A stretch of DNA of 63,969 nucleotides, counting the filler, from Chiloscyllium plagiosum (taxonomy: Eukaryota): NCBI RefSeq assembly GCF_004010195.1. It is 6 parts of one record of this genome, joined end to end, with 100 filler letters (N's around TTAATTAATTAA, not from the genome) between each part and the next. Parts side by side here need not be neighbours in the genome. Positions count along the whole stretch, not along the records: positions 60,950 to 63,969 come from NC_057715.1; 5 more parts are not named here. One strand, 5' to 3'. How positions within the stretch are numbered: the stretch's first letter is position 1; every line of letters begins with the position of its first letter. The notes beneath the pieces were generated by a model. The model worked only from the letters and a program-made list of their open reading frames with translations. It did no database searches and was not told the origin of the DNA. Shown piece after piece: positions 63,010 to 63,969 of the stretch. A program made the translations under genes and the position numbers.

Positions 63010-63969
63010 GTACCACAGATTCTGGAATCTGTACTGAAAACAAAACAATGCTGGAGATCACAGCGGGTCAGGCAGCATCATAGAGAGAGAGCGAGCTAAT
63101 ATTTCGAGACTAGATGTCCTGATGAAGAGCTTTAGCCCGAAACGTCGATTTCGCTGCTCCTTGGATGCTGCCTGAACTGCTGTGCTCTTCCAGCACCACT
63201 AATCCAAGATCTGGTTTCCAACATCTGCAGTCATTGTTTTTTACCTCGACTTTTCATCAGAGCTGACAAGTGTGGAGGGGGCAGGATTTATGTCATAGTG
63301 AGGGAGTGGAGTGCTGCGGGAGAAAGGGTGATGAAAGAGCAGATTAAGTGATTGGAATGTGAGAATGGCAGAACAATGGTGTGTCTTACTGCCAGACTGG
63401 GAAGGACAGACAGTCCCACTGGGGTGGGGGAAGGGGAGAGAGGACATGCTGACAGAGAATGTAACAAGTAAAGCTCAAAGGAGAAAGTGAGGACTGCAGA
63501 TACTCAAGAGTCAGAGTCGAAAAGTGTGGTGCTGGAAAAGCACAGCTGGTCAGGCAGCATCCGAGGAGCAGGAGAATCGATATTCCTCAACTCTCCTGCT
63601 CCTCGGATGCTGCCTGACCGGCTGTGCTTTTCCAGTGCCACACTTTTCGACTCCAAAACTAAAGCTAAAAAAAAGGGAAGAAATGGGCGTGAGTTCACAA
63701 TCTGAAGGCGTTGAATTCAAATGAAGTCTAGAATGTCGTAAAATGCCTCGTCTGTGATTTCCAGCATTTTCTGTTTTCAAATTAAAAACAGATTATGTTT
63801 CACAAATTTAAATTCTTCGAGCAAGTGACCAGGTGTGGAGATAAAGGTAATGTAATTAGTGTCGTCTACAGGGACTTCAGGTCGGAGAAAGTGAGGACTA
63901 CAGATGCTGGAGTACCAGAGTTGAAAAATGTGGTGCTGGAAAAACACAGCAGGCAAGGCAGCATCCGAG
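63010..63969. mobile_element. Cluster of Penelope-related pieces: family D (-) split by family A (63117-63245, +), inverted family A pair (63481-63652), family A (-) at the window end
   Basis: CTGATGAAGAGCTTTAGCCCGAAACGTCGAT at 63119; repeated GATGCTGCCTGACC bodies on both strands. Confidence 0.75.

Noticed and set aside
51106..63969. Search for the WSXWS, transmembrane and cytoplasmic exons
   Set aside because: Acceptor-like sites examined near 58296, 58840 and 61660 gave stops or no WSXWS motif.

Overview
Repeat-rich vertebrate genomic DNA, almost certainly from a shark (inferred from the abundant HE1-type SINEs and HER1/CR1 LINEs). It is a draft scaffold with five artificial 100-nt gap linkers (N44-TTAATTAATTAA-N44). 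One host gene is supported: a + strand, three-FNIII-domain class I cytokine receptor alpha chain of the IL13RA2/IL13RA1/IL5RA group. It has a probable signal-peptide exon ending at 19191 and five phase-compatible ectodomain exons between 43758 and 51105. The WSXWS, transmembrane and cytoplasmic exons were not found in the window. Its ~24.5-kb first intron holds a decayed full-length Gmr1-type Gypsy element (gag/SCAN-like, PR, IN, RT, RH order) with four nested insertions. The rest is CR1, Tx1-like, Rex1, L2-like and Penelope-like fragments, SINEs, solo LTRs, tandem repeats and a tRNA-Gly(TCC) pseudogene. The most notable non-obvious signal is roughly 20 short Penelope-related inserts from at least four families. 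They carry minimal hammerhead-ribozyme cores (intact or decayed), often have long TSDs and sometimes form head-to-head inverted pairs. Family assignments come from motif recognition by eye, not database searches, and repeat boundaries are approximate.
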